Under the pieces are notes generated by a model, which was not told the DNA's origin, searched no databases, and saw nothing but the letters and a program-made list of their open reading frames with translations. DNA of 64,000 bases, taken from assembly GCA_965246885.1 (NCBI GenBank), contig OZ251992.1, forward strand, positions 2,912,001 to 2,976,000, in the 5' to 3' direction. The translations under genes and the position numbers were made by a program. The DNA comes from Abditibacterium sp. (GTDB lineage Bacteria; Armatimonadota; Abditibacteriia; Abditibacteriales; Abditibacteriaceae). Shown piece after piece: positions 48,724 through 58,593 of this stretch (the first letter of the stretch is position 1; the number at the start of each line of letters is the position of its first letter).

Positions 48724-49830
48724 ATGAACCGCTTCTCCTTTGTCATTCACCCGATGGAACTGCGCCGCGACGCCGCGCGCAAGTATCCGGTCTTGGGCCA
48801 TTTGCCCGAAGCCGCCATCGAACAAATTACGCTCCGCTTGTCGCCCAAGTGGATTAGCGAGATCACTGGCATCGAATCCAAGACCGGCGCCACGACTTCG
48901 GGCTATTTCATCGGCTGCCCGTTCTCCTCTCATCAATTGCTTTCGCTTCCGCCGGAAAGGGTCTATCAAAAGCTGGTCGAGTGCGGGCAGATGAGCGCCG
49001 AGCGTGGCGCCAAAATCATGGGGTTGGGCGCTTACACGAGTGTCGCGGGCGACGCGGGCATTTCCGTCGCCAAGCGCTTGGAAGGCACAATCAACGTGAC
49101 GAGCGGCAACTCCTACACCGTCTACACCGCTATCGAAGGCTTGCTCAAAGGCGCGGAAATGATGGAAGTCGAGCCGGGGAACGCCAGTGTCGCCATCGTC
49201 GGCGCGACCGGCTCCATTGGCGCGGTGTGCGCCAAAATCCTCGCGGCGCGCGTGGGGGAAGTCGCGCTCGTCGGGCGCGATAGGGCGAAGTTAGAGCGCT
49301 TGCAAGCCGACATCGAAGCGCGCCCCGATTGCACCGCCCGCGTGATTGTGGCGCCCGACATCCGCGCCGCCCTTCGTGAGGCCGACTTGGTGATGGCCGT
49401 GTCGTCGGCGGGCAAAGAGTTGGTGTTTCCCGACGACCTCAAAATCGGCGCCGTCGTGTGCGATGTCGCCCGCCCGCGCGACGTGTCGCGCACCGTCATC
49501 GAAAAGCGCGACGATGTCCTCGTCATCGAAGGCGGCGTCATTGACGTGCCGGGCCGGGATGTGCGCTTCAACTGGGCCTTTGGCTTTCCCGAAGGCACCG
49601 CGTTCGCGTGCATGAGCGAAACCATCATCCTCTCGCTCGAAGGCACCAACCAAAGCTACACCTTGGGCCGCGATTTGACGGTCGAGCAGGTGATGCACAT
49701 GGGCGAACTGGCCCGCAAGCACGGCTTCGCGCTGTCCGGCTTCCGCTCCTTTGAAAAGGCGCTCTCCGACGCTGACATCGCGCAAGTCCGCCGCAACGCC
49801 GCGCAAAAAAACCGCCCCGTCACCGCGTAA
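48724..49830 (+). CDS. Acyl-ACP reductase-like (COG5322-type) dehydrogenase
   Basis: FVIHP, GLGAYTS, TSGNSYT, GATGSIG, DVARPRDV, FACMSE. Confidence 0.75.
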   Translation: MNRFSFVIHPMELRRDAARKYPVLGHLPEAAIEQITLRLSPKWISEITGIESKTGATTSGYFIGCPFSSHQLLSLPPERVYQKLVECGQMSAERGAKIMGLGAYTSVAGDAGISVAKRLEGTINVTSGNSYTVYTAIEGLLKGAEMMEVEPGNASVAIVGATGSIGAVCAKILAARVGEVALVGRDRAKLERLQADIEARPDCTARVIVAPDIRAALREADLVMAVSSAGKELVFPDDLKIGAVVCDVARPRDVSRTVIEKRDDVLVIEGGVIDVPGRDVRFNWAFGFPEGTAFACMSETIILSLEGTNQSYTLGRDLTVEQVMHMGELARKHGFALSGFRSFEKALSDADIAQVRRNAAQKNRPVTA

Positions 49831-49851
49831 ATTGGGGCATAGGTCTCATCC

Positions 49852-50478
49852 ATGACAGCACCCAACTTCCATGTAGCCCCCACCCCCAGCGCCAGCGCCG
49901 AGCAAACGCCCAACGATGGCCGCCGCCGCCACCGCATCTCCGCGCATGAATACGAGCTTCTGGCCAAGGCAGGCGCCTTCGACGATCAGCGCGTCGAATT
50001 GATAGACGGAGAGATTATCTACATGATACCCAGCGGAGAAGGCCACGCTATGAGCGTGAGTCGCACTACTAAACGGCTCAACGTTGCATTGGATGAGAGC
50101 CTGCTCACACGTCCTCAAAACCCCATCAACGCGGGAACGTTCGGTCGCCCTGAACCCGATGTGGCCGTTGTTCTCACCAAGAATCTTGTTCAAGGCCAAC
50201 CACCCTCGGAAATTGAACTTGCCATCGAAGTCTCCGATTCCACCCTCAAATACGACCAAACCGACAAAGCCTCCCTCTACGCTTCGCTCGGCGTGCCCGA
50301 CTACTGGATCGTCAACCTCGTGACGAACGTGTTAGAAGTGCGCCGCGCGCCCATTGAACTCCCCGCCGCGCGTTTTGGCTTCGATTACTCCTCCATTCAA
50401 ATCATTCCCCGCACCGGGAGTGTTTCGCCCCTCGTCGCCCCCGACGTTGTGTTGCGCGTCGAAGATTTACTGCCGTGA
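49852..50478 (+). CDS. Uma2 family endonuclease
   Basis: RVELIDGEI, PEPDVAV, IEVSDSTL.YD...K..LYA..GVPDYWIVN. Confidence 0.93.
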   Translation: MTAPNFHVAPTPSASAEQTPNDGRRRHRISAHEYELLAKAGAFDDQRVELIDGEIIYMIPSGEGHAMSVSRTTKRLNVALDESLLTRPQNPINAGTFGRPEPDVAVVLTKNLVQGQPPSEIELAIEVSDSTLKYDQTDKASLYASLGVPDYWIVNLVTNVLEVRRAPIELPAARFGFDYSSIQIIPRTGSVSPLVAPDVVLRVEDLLP

Positions 50479-50505
50479 ACCGGCTCCGTTAAACTACGGC
50501 CCGCG

Positions 50506-51375
50506 TCAGCTTGACGCGGGCCGCTTGGGTGCCACGACGCCGCGCGCCCATCCCGTTACGCGCACAAGGCCAATGGTCGCCCAAAACAGCGCGGGGGTTA
50601 AACGGGTGCGGTAGTGCAAGCGGTAGAACTCCTCCAACGCGCGGTGCGATTCGCGTATCATGGCCGCGCGGCGTTGCCCCGTCGAAGCGCCGCCCCAATG
50701 CCGCACCTTGGCGGCGGGTTCATACCAGACTTCCCAGCCGCTTTGCCAAAGGCGCCAGCACAAATCCACGTCGTTGAAGAAGATCGGGAAGCGCTCGTCG
50801 AACAAGGCGCCGATGGATTCGATGGCGCTCCGGCGCAGAAGGAAGCTGGACGCCATCGGTTGCTCGACGCGCCGTCTGGCGCGGTGGGTGAACCAGCCCA
50901 TTTTGTAAAACCCGAACCGTTTGGAGCGCGGAAAGGCGCGCGCCAAGCCGGTCGCTTCGCACCACAGCGCGGCGGGCGTGGGAAAGGTGCGGCAGGAGCG
51001 CTGAAAACTCCCGTCGCGCGCATCAACGAGGGCTGACGCCACGCCGCCGACTGCGGGCCGCGCTTCCAAGAAGGCAATGAGGGTTTCCGCCGCGCCCGCG
51101 AAGACTTCGGTGTCGGGGTTGAGGAGCCACACCCACTCGCCGCGCGCATGACTGAGGGCGAGGTTGTTGCCGCGCGCGAAACCGAGGTTCTCATCGGAAG
51201 CGATGAGCGTGACGGCGGGGAACTCGGCCCGCACGAGGGCGGCGGAGCCGTCACCCGATGCGCAGTCCACCACGATAATCTCGTGGTCGAGCGCGCCCAA
51301 TTGCTCGCAGAGCGAGGCAAGGCAAGCGCGGAGCAAGTCGCGCGTGTTCCAGTTGACGAGAAGGACGGACAGCAC
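50506..51375 (-). CDS. Glycosyltransferase family 2 (WbbL-like)
   Basis: VNWN, NLGFARGNN, LLNPD, FDERF..FFNDVDLC. Confidence 0.9.
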   Translation of the reverse strand: MLSVLLVNWNTRDLLRACLASLCEQLGALDHEIIVVDCASGDGSAALVRAEFPAVTLIASDENLGFARGNNLALSHARGEWVWLLNPDTEVFAGAAETLIAFLEARPAVGGVASALVDARDGSFQRSCRTFPTPAALWCEATGLARAFPRSKRFGFYKMGWFTHRARRRVEQPMASSFLLRRSAIESIGALFDERFPIFFNDVDLCWRLWQSGWEVWYEPAAKVRHWGGASTGQRRAAMIRESHRALEEFYRLHYRTRLTPALFWATIGLVRVTGWARGVVAPKRPASS

Positions 51376-51457
51376 GCCCGTCAGTTAAACGTTCGCGGCA
51401 GGCGAGGATGCGAAAGACGCTCTGAGAAGGGCTGAAACAGGTAGAATTGCACGGCAT

Positions 51458-52195
51458 ATGCGCTTTCCTCTTGCCACCGTTGCCGCCGCGACTCCGTTTC
51501 TGCTTGTCGCTCCGTCTGTTGCCCACGCCCAGACCGCGCCCGCCGCGCCGCCCGCGCCCGCCGCCTCGTTTCCAACCGAGCCGCCGCGCGCCAAGCGCAA
51601 GTTGCCGCTTTTGGGAGTTGACCTCGAAGTGTCGCGGATGTTGTCGGCTCGCACGCGGCGCACCTTCGGCGGCTCGACATTTAGCATCGGCCCCGGCATT
51701 GGCGACATCGCGCCCTCGTTGAAAGGGGAAATCACCCCCGACATCTCGCTCACCGAAGCCAAGCGTACCATTGCCGGGAGCCGCAACCGCTTGTTTGTCA
51801 TTGAGGCTGGCCCGCAGTTCCGCCGGGCCTATGTGCCGCCCTTTGTGTTGCGCCAAATCAAAGCCGCGCAGCGCCGCGCGATTGAAGCCGCGCAGTCGGG
51901 CACGCCCCCAACGGGCGCTCCGCCTATCGGTGCCCCAACCGGCCCGCCTCCGGGCGCGGGGTTTGGGCCGCCGCCGTTCGTGCCCTACTACGGCGCGAGC
52001 GCCGACGCCCTGTATGCGAGCGTCAAAGTGCCCTCGGCGGGGTTGAGCAAGTCCGGCTTTGGCGTGGGCGGCAGCGTGTTCGTGGGCGTCGCCATCAAGA
52101 GCCGCTTCTTCGTCGAAGCGCGCGTGCGCGCCACCACATCGGTGAAAAGCTATAACTTATCGCGCGCGGGCCTCACGGTCGGTCTGCGGTTTTAA
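51458..52195 (+). CDS. Secreted protein, probable small outer-membrane beta-barrel
   Basis: Signal peptide (AHA-Q), amphipathic strands, PYYGAS, C-terminal TVGLRF. Confidence 0.6.
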   Translation: MRFPLATVAAATPFLLVAPSVAHAQTAPAAPPAPAASFPTEPPRAKRKLPLLGVDLEVSRMLSARTRRTFGGSTFSIGPGIGDIAPSLKGEITPDISLTEAKRTIAGSRNRLFVIEAGPQFRRAYVPPFVLRQIKAAQRRAIEAAQSGTPPTGAPPIGAPTGPPPGAGFGPPPFVPYYGASADALYASVKVPSAGLSKSGFGVGGSVFVGVAIKSRFFVEARVRATTSVKSYNLSRAGLTVGLRF

Positions 52196-52204
52196 GGGCG
52201 CGCG

Positions 52205-52519
52205 ATGGGCTTCCTTCTATTCCTCGCGGCGCTGTTCGGCGGCACGCTCGCGTTTGGCGTGTGGCTGGTGCGCTGGCAGTTCCGCCGCGCTGACGAGTTG
52301 CTCGAAGCGTGGGCCGCGCGCAACGGCTACCGCATCACGCACAAACAACCCGCCAACATCGGCGATGGCCCGATGGGAACGCGCCAAGCGAGCAAACAAG
52401 TCCGCTTCCGCATCACGGCAATAGACGTCCAAGGCACTGCGCGACGCGGCCTCGCGGTCATCGGTAACCGTGCAACGGGGACGATGGCGGACGAGGTGAT
52501 AGTGGAATGGGAGGGGTAG
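52205..52519 (+). CDS. Small membrane-anchored hypothetical protein
   Basis: N-terminal TM helix; starts 9 nt after the upstream stop. Confidence 0.6.
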   Translation: MGFLLFLAALFGGTLAFGVWLVRWQFRRADELLEAWAARNGYRITHKQPANIGDGPMGTRQASKQVRFRITAIDVQGTARRGLAVIGNRATGTMADEVIVEWEG

Positions 52520-52644
52520 GAGCAGCGCGAAGCTGGCGTCGGCGGCGTAGATGACAGTTTGGAGGTGTCAGTTGGCGAGTCACCGCCTTTTGTCTCCGGC
52601 TCCGCCCCTTCCCGCCACGTGCCACCGTCCGTCGTTCCGCGCCG

Positions 52645-53574
52645 TCAGGCCAAAACTTGCCGCGCGCGCGCGAAATCCCGCTCCAGTTGGGCGCGCAATT
52701 CGTCCAAGCCGCCGAATCGTTGCTCATCGCGCAAGCGCGCCACAAACTCGACCTCGGCGCGCGCGGGCGGGGGGTCAATGGTCGCGTCCAAGACGTGAAA
52801 CTCGATTTGCCGCCGCAAGCCCCCAACAGTCGGGCGCATCCCAATGTTAAGCGCGGCACCGCGCCAAGCATCCTCGGCATCGAAGCGGACGCGCACGGCA
52901 TAGGCGCCGTTTTTCGGGACGCACTTGCGCTCTGGAACGGAGAGGTTGATGGTCGGCGCGCCGATGGTGCGCCCAATCTGGTCGCCGCTCACGACGTGCC
53001 CGCTCAGGGTATACAACCTTCCCAAAAAAGGCCGCGCCAGTTCGATTTGCCCCGCCTCGACAACGCCGCGCGCGCGTGTCGACGAAATGGGCGCGCCGCT
53101 TTCCAAGAGCTTGCTTTCCAAGGCGCGCGCTTCAAAGCCCAACTCGCGCCCCAAGCTCACCAACTGCGCGATGGTGCCCTCGCGTTCCCGTCCCAAGGCG
53201 AAGTCCGGCCCGCCCACAAACAGGCGCATCTCCGTCGTTTCAATCCAGCGCGCCATGAAATCGCGCGCTGAAGTTTGCGCCATCTCGCGGTCAAAGGGCA
53301 CGATGAACAAGTGGTCGAGCGGCGTCTGCTCCCGAAAAGCCGCGATTTTCTCATCGGGCAAAGAAAGCAGTTTCGGGCACTCATCGGGCGCGAAGAAGCA
53401 GAACGGCATGTCGTCGAAGGTGAGCGCCGCGCTTTGCAACCCGCACCGCGTCGCCTCGTCGTGCAAGGTGCGCGCGAGCAGTTGGTGCCCGCGATGCACC
53501 CCGTCGAAGGTGCCGACCGTGAGGGCGAGGCCATCGAAAAGGCGGCGGGAGGGAAGCGCGCGATGAACTTGCAT
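52645..53574 (-). CDS. ribF: Riboflavin kinase / FAD synthetase
   Basis: GTFDGVHRGHQ, ISST, GRTIG.PT.N, NIGMRPT, LRDEQRF. Confidence 0.96.
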   Translation of the reverse strand: MQVHRALPSRRLFDGLALTVGTFDGVHRGHQLLARTLHDEATRCGLQSAALTFDDMPFCFFAPDECPKLLSLPDEKIAAFREQTPLDHLFIVPFDREMAQTSARDFMARWIETTEMRLFVGGPDFALGREREGTIAQLVSLGRELGFEARALESKLLESGAPISSTRARGVVEAGQIELARPFLGRLYTLSGHVVSGDQIGRTIGAPTINLSVPERKCVPKNGAYAVRVRFDAEDAWRGAALNIGMRPTVGGLRRQIEFHVLDATIDPPPARAEVEFVARLRDEQRFGGLDELRAQLERDFARARQVLA

Positions 53575-53592
53575 GGAGAGAAGTGTGGCGCC

Positions 53593-54480
53593 TCACGCGC
53601 GCAAATCAAACACCTTATCCGCCTTCCAAGCGCCGCCGCTTTCGGGGGATGCGAGGGCGAACAGAGTTTGCGCGGCGTTCTCGACCAACAGCGCGCCCAA
53701 GCTCTCTTGTGGCCCGCTCACCCGCTTCCCCTGCCAGAGGGCGAGCGCCCGGTCGTCGTCGGTGATGACTTCAGTTGCAATCCAGCCCAACGCTTCCCGG
53801 AGGGGAATGAGTGAGGGCGCGCGCTCGAACTCTTCGGGCGCGACGGCGTTCTCTATCCCGAAGAACCCTGACCGCGTGCGGAGCAGGAAAGTCATGGTCG
53901 CCGCATTGTCGAGCGCGCGTCCGATGTCGCGCACGAGCGAGCGGATATAGGTGCCACCGGAACACTCGATGTCGAGCAGGACGCGCGGTGGCTCGGTCTG
54001 CCAGCGCGCGAGGTGCAGGTGCGAGACGGTGACCTGCCGCGTCGGAATTTCTATTTCTTTCCCCGCGCGCGCGATGTCATACAGCTTCTGCCCGCCGACT
54101 TTGATGGCGGAATGCAGGGGCGGCGTTTGGGTGATTGTACCGCGAAAGGCGTCCAAAGCGGCGCGCACCGTTTCCAGTTCGAGATTGGATGAGTCCGCTT
54201 CGCGGGTCAGAGCGCCCAAGAGGTCGCCCGAATCGGTTTCGCGGCCAAAGGTCGCTTCCGCGAGGTAGCGCTTGGTGCCCGCTTGCAAGTCCTCGACTAA
54301 GCGGGTGGCGCTTCCCACGCAAATGGGCAACACCCCGGCGGCGGCGGGGTCAAGCGTTCCGGTGTGTCCCACGCGCTTCTCGCCCAACACGCGCCGCACA
54401 AACGCAACGGCATCGTGCGAAGTCATGCCGGGGGGCTTGAGGAAGTTCAAGACGCCGTGCTTTGGGAGGGCGGGATTCAT
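53593..54480 (-). CDS. truB: tRNA pseudouridine(55) synthase
   Basis: KPPGMTSHD, GHTGTLDP, CSGGTYIRSL. Confidence 0.97.
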   Translation of the reverse strand: MNPALPKHGVLNFLKPPGMTSHDAVAFVRRVLGEKRVGHTGTLDPAAAGVLPICVGSATRLVEDLQAGTKRYLAEATFGRETDSGDLLGALTREADSSNLELETVRAALDAFRGTITQTPPLHSAIKVGGQKLYDIARAGKEIEIPTRQVTVSHLHLARWQTEPPRVLLDIECSGGTYIRSLVRDIGRALDNAATMTFLLRTRSGFFGIENAVAPEEFERAPSLIPLREALGWIATEVITDDDRALALWQGKRVSGPQESLGALLVENAAQTLFALASPESGGAWKADKVFDLRA

Positions 54481-54513
54481 GGCGGGGGCAACACAGGACG
54501 GCGCTCCGCCCGC

Positions 54514-55512
54514 TCAGTTCTCCACCGGCGGATGTTTTTCGTCTATCCAACTGTTGGCGCGCTTGATGATTTTCTCGACGATTTTGTCGAAGTCGCCGCT
54601 TTGTCTGCAACCCGCCGCCGCCGCGTGGCCGCCGCCGCCGAACTCGGCGCAGAAGAGGTCGGCGCGCAGGGCTTCCTCCGAGCGGACGGAAATGCGGGCG
54701 TGCGGGCCGTTGTCGTCGCGGCGTTCGCGTAGGCAAATCGCCATGCGCGCGCCGCGCACGTTGCGCAGGAAGTTGACGATGTTCTCGGTGGACTCGTCTC
54801 CCGTAGCGATGCTTTGGAAGTCGCGCGAAGCGATGGCGGTGTAAATCAGTTCGCCGTCGTGCTCGGACTGGGATTTTTGCATCGCCACGCCAAGCAGCTT
54901 GTTCGAGGAAAAGGAGCGTTCGTCGAACTGCTTGAAAGCGACGAGCGCGTTATCGGCGCCAAGCTCGATGAGGTGCGCGGCGGCACGCAAACAGTCGGGG
55001 GTGGTGTTGGGAAAACGGAAATGACCCGTATCGCACGACAGGCCGGTCAGCAAGCCCGTTGCCATGTCGGAAGTGATTGGGAACTCAAGCGCGACGAGCA
55101 GTTCGTAGATCATCTGGGCGGTGGCGGGCTTGGTCGGGTCAATCCAGTTGATATCGAAGGTCGGGAGGCTGGAGCGGTGGTGGTCGATGAGGATGCGCTG
55201 CCGCGCGTCTTCGATGGGTTCCATGCGCGAGGCGACGCGCGAGGGGGTGCCGTCGCAGTCGAGGACGAACGCGCACTCGAAGGGTTGGCCGATGGGAACA
55301 TCGAGTTCGACGCGGTCGCTCCCGCGCAGAAAGCGGGAGGAGTGCGGCACGCCGTCGCGCGACACGTAGACAGCGCGTTTGCCCGCGTTGTAAAGGGCCA
55401 TTTGCAAGGCGATAGCTGGCCCGACGGCGTCGCCGTCTGGCCCGACGTGGGTGGTGATGTAGAAGGTTTGGTAGCGCGCGATGGCGGCGCGGATGGCGTC
55501 AAAGGGTGGCAT
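54514..55512 (-). CDS. nrnA: DHH family bifunctional oligoribonuclease/PAP phosphatase
   Basis: PDGDA, IDHH, DTGHF, GGGGHAAAAG; lies between rbfA and truB. Confidence 0.9.
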   Translation of the reverse strand: MPPFDAIRAAIARYQTFYITTHVGPDGDAVGPAIALQMALYNAGKRAVYVSRDGVPHSSRFLRGSDRVELDVPIGQPFECAFVLDCDGTPSRVASRMEPIEDARQRILIDHHRSSLPTFDINWIDPTKPATAQMIYELLVALEFPITSDMATGLLTGLSCDTGHFRFPNTTPDCLRAAAHLIELGADNALVAFKQFDERSFSSNKLLGVAMQKSQSEHDGELIYTAIASRDFQSIATGDESTENIVNFLRNVRGARMAICLRERRDDNGPHARISVRSEEALRADLFCAEFGGGGHAAAAGCRQSGDFDKIVEKIIKRANSWIDEKHPPVEN

Positions 55513-55545
55513 TGTTGAAAGTCGGCAGGCGGCGAGGGCGGGCGT

Positions 55546-55905
55546 TTACTTGTCCTTTTGCAATTCCGGCAGGGACGCGAAGATTTCCTCCATGCGCATC
55601 TGGTTTTCGACGCCCTTGTCGAACTTAAAGCCGACATCCGGGACGGTGCGGAGCGGGACTTCGGCGCCGATTTTCGAGCGCAGAAACGGCGCGGCGCGGT
55701 CGAAACCCAGTTGCGCGGCGGTGCGCTCGTCGGCACCGCCGAGAACTGTATAGAAGACGCGCGCGAAGGAGAGGTCGTGGGTGACTTCGACGCGGGTGAC
55801 GGTGACATCTTGCAGCGAGGGGTCGGAGATTTCCTCGCGGAGCGCGCGCGCAACGGCCATGCGGATGGCTTCGGCGGCGCGGTCGGAACGAAAAGTGGTG
55901 GACAT
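55546..55905 (-). CDS. rbfA: Ribosome-binding factor A
   Basis: DP.L..VTVTRVEVT.DLSFARVF, FLRS.IG....LR.VP...F.FD. Confidence 0.95.
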   Translation of the reverse strand: MSTTFRSDRAAEAIRMAVARALREEISDPSLQDVTVTRVEVTHDLSFARVFYTVLGGADERTAAQLGFDRAAPFLRSKIGAEVPLRTVPDVGFKFDKGVENQMRMEEIFASLPELQKDK

Positions 55906-55992
55906 CGGGATACAGGGGAGGGCGGACACGCCCCCAAAACGGCGGCGGCCCGTCTCCCGCAAACTGTGTCCTTTAAGATTAACCCGTTTCCG

Positions 55993-56424
55993 ATGAACCC
56001 TTCCTTTTCCCGCCGCACATTCCTTGAAGGCGCCGCCGCAACCGTCGGCGCCGTCCTCGTCGGGGGCTGCGCGTCCGGCCCCGCCGCGCAACTATCGGCC
56101 AAAGCGCAAGGCGCCGGTTTTTTGATTAGCGGCGCGACGCTGCCCAAACCCGGCGAAGCCGTCCCGTTCGCTTTCCCTGACACGCGCCAAGGGTTATTGT
56201 ATTGCTCGAAAGACGGCGCGGCGGGCGCGGTATCGGCCGTGTGCACGCACCAAGGCTGTATCGTGAACTGGACGGACGGCGACCCGCAAGCGGCCTTCGC
56301 CTGCCCCTGCCATCAATCGAAGTTCGACCTGAGCGGCAAGGTGCTTGGTGGCCCCGCCAAAGCGCCGCTCGCGCACTTCGCGGCGACGCAAAATGGAGGA
56401 GATGTGACGCTCCGACCGGCCTAA
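55993..56424 (+). CDS. Tat-exported Rieske [2Fe-2S] protein
   Basis: SRRTFL Tat motif; CTHQGC and CPCHQS. Confidence 0.92.
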   Translation: MNPSFSRRTFLEGAAATVGAVLVGGCASGPAAQLSAKAQGAGFLISGATLPKPGEAVPFAFPDTRQGLLYCSKDGAAGAVSAVCTHQGCIVNWTDGDPQAAFACPCHQSKFDLSGKVLGGPAKAPLAHFAATQNGGDVTLRPA

Positions 56425-56568
56425 GGCGCGCGATTAGTGCGGGAGCGCACATTACAGCGTTTCGCAAGCGGCCTTTATCGAGTTGCAAACTTTACCTTTC
56501 TGGGTCGGAACGGGGGTGGGATTTACCTTATCCTGTTTGGTGGGTTGCGAGCTTGCTTCCCGGTATTT

Positions 56569-57609
56569 ATGCGCTGGACTCGAAACACCATCCTCGAAGA
56601 GATTCGCGCCCTCCACGCGCGCGGCGAAGAACTCAACTACGACAGCATAGGTCAAAACCACCCTGCTCTAATGCGCGCCGCGTCGTGGCACTTCGGGACG
56701 TGGCAACGCGCCGTCGAAACGACGGGCATTGACTACGGCGAAGTCTCGAAATACATCCGGTGGACGCGAGAAATGGTGATCTTGGGCATCCGCGAAGCGC
56801 ACGCGGCGGGCGATGACCTTAGTTGGAGCAGCATTTCCAAGAACTCCGGGCGCCCCGCGCTCGCGGCGGCGGCAGTGCGCTCCAATATGGGGTTCGGCAC
56901 GTGGCACACCGCCGTTACCGAGGCGGGGTTGAACTACGAGGAAGTCGCGCGCTACCGCCACTGGACACCGGAACGGGTCGTCGCGGAGATACAGGAGTTG
57001 GCGCGCAAAAAGGCGCCGCTCTCGTCCAAACTGGTGCAGAACAACTATCCGCCGCTTTACAACGCCGCCAAGCGGCGCTTTAAGCAGTGGGACGCCGCGC
57101 TGGAAGCGGCGGGCATAGACCCCGACAAGGTGCGCGTGCGCCGCCAAGCGCCCGACTTGCTCAAAAACCGCCGCCGCCGCAACGAAGAGGGCGAGATGAC
57201 CTTTGCCCACTTAGAGCGCCCCGACAAGCCCAAGCGCCGCTCGCCGCTCAAAAGCGCTTTTCCCGTTCCGGCCAAGCCTAAGAAAGAAGTGACTGCCCCT
57301 CCCAAAGTGCCGCAACGCCCCCTCCGCCGCCGTAACAAGGACACGGGAGATATTAAAATGGCGCCCCGCGCGCGGGAAATCTTCGACATTTTGACCGAGC
57401 AGCAACAAGTCCGCGAGCGCCTGCTCCAAGAAGCCGCGCACAAAGCGGGCCGCAAGCCGCGCAAAGGTGGCTACCGCGCCGAACTACATGGAGCCGCCGC
57501 CAAAGCCACCCGCAAAGCGGCGCAATTGGAACTGGAGCTTGCGCCCGCGTCGGGCACTGTGGATGCCCTAATCAAAGAACGGAAGAAGCGCCGCCGCAAG
57601 GACGATTAA
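56569..57609 (+). CDS. Protein with three tandem helical repeats (homing-endonuclease-associated-repeat-like) and basic tail
   Basis: Three W.RE/WT.E...I......FG.W..A...AG units; Lys/Arg/Pro-rich C-terminus. Confidence 0.65.
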   Translation: MRWTRNTILEEIRALHARGEELNYDSIGQNHPALMRAASWHFGTWQRAVETTGIDYGEVSKYIRWTREMVILGIREAHAAGDDLSWSSISKNSGRPALAAAAVRSNMGFGTWHTAVTEAGLNYEEVARYRHWTPERVVAEIQELARKKAPLSSKLVQNNYPPLYNAAKRRFKQWDAALEAAGIDPDKVRVRRQAPDLLKNRRRRNEEGEMTFAHLERPDKPKRRSPLKSAFPVPAKPKKEVTAPPKVPQRPLRRRNKDTGDIKMAPRAREIFDILTEQQQVRERLLQEAAHKAGRKPRKGGYRAELHGAAAKATRKAAQLELELAPASGTVDALIKERKKRRRKDD

Positions 57610-57672
57610 CAGGAAAAGACCATTCCCGAAACCGTCATCCAAGCGGCCCCGCTTCCGCCCTACACTTCCGGT

Positions 57673-58548
57673 ATGCCCAACGACAACCCAACTCTGATTA
57701 CCGTCGCGCACTCGCCCGACTCCGACGACGCTTTCATGCACTACGGCCTGTCCGCGCACAAAGTAGACGCCGGGGAACTTGAGTTCCGCCACGTCCTGCG
57801 CGACATCGAATCGCTCAACCGCGCGGCGTCCGATGGCGAATATGAAGTCACCGCGCTTTCCATCCACGCTTACGCGCGCCTGACGGACAAATACGCCCTC
57901 CTCAATCACGGCGGCTCGATGGGCGAAGCGGGCGCCAAAGGATATGGGCCGCGCCTCGTCACGCACGACGCTCGCTACGCTACCGCGCCCGACGAAGCAA
58001 AGAAACTGCGCATCGCCGTCCCCGGCTTTCTCACCAGCGCTTACCTCGTCCTGAAATTGTGGGCGCCCGACTGCGAGGCGGTCGAGGTGCCCTTCGACCA
58101 AATCCTGCCCCTCGTGCAAAACGGCGAGTTCGCAGCGGGCGTCCTGATTCACGAGGGCCAACTCACCTACGGCGATGCCGGAACGCACTTGTGCATGGAT
58201 TTCGGGCAGTGGTGGGGCGAGCAGACCGGCGGCCTGCCGCTTCCCTTGGGCGGCAACGCTATCCGTCGCGACCTCGCGCCCGAACTGCAAGCGCGCGTGT
58301 CCGGCTTGTTGCGCGATAGCATCGCTTATTCGCTCGCGCACCGCGCCGAAGCGCTCGATTTCGCCATGCAATACGCGCGTGGCCTTGAAACAGACCGCGA
58401 CCGCGCCGATGAGTTCGTCGGGATGTACGTCAACGCGCGCACCCTCGACTACGGCGAGGAAGGGCGCCGCTCCATCCGCTTGTTCCTCGAACGCGGCTGG
58501 GAAGCGGGGATACTCCGGGACAAACCGGATGTCGAGTTCGTCAATTGA
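57673..58548 (+). CDS. mqnD: Menaquinone futalosine pathway enzyme (MqnA/MqnD family, likely 1,4-dihydroxy-6-naphthoate synthase)
   Basis: HSPDSDDAFM, DIESLN, GYGP, LIHEGQLTY, LPLPLG, MYVN. Confidence 0.88.
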   Translation: MPNDNPTLITVAHSPDSDDAFMHYGLSAHKVDAGELEFRHVLRDIESLNRAASDGEYEVTALSIHAYARLTDKYALLNHGGSMGEAGAKGYGPRLVTHDARYATAPDEAKKLRIAVPGFLTSAYLVLKLWAPDCEAVEVPFDQILPLVQNGEFAAGVLIHEGQLTYGDAGTHLCMDFGQWWGEQTGGLPLPLGGNAIRRDLAPELQARVSGLLRDSIAYSLAHRAEALDFAMQYARGLETDRDRADEFVGMYVNARTLDYGEEGRRSIRLFLERGWEAGILRDKPDVEFVN

Positions 58549-58593
58549 GTCGCCACGACAGTCCGGCCCGAAATCGGCTACAAAAGCACTCCT

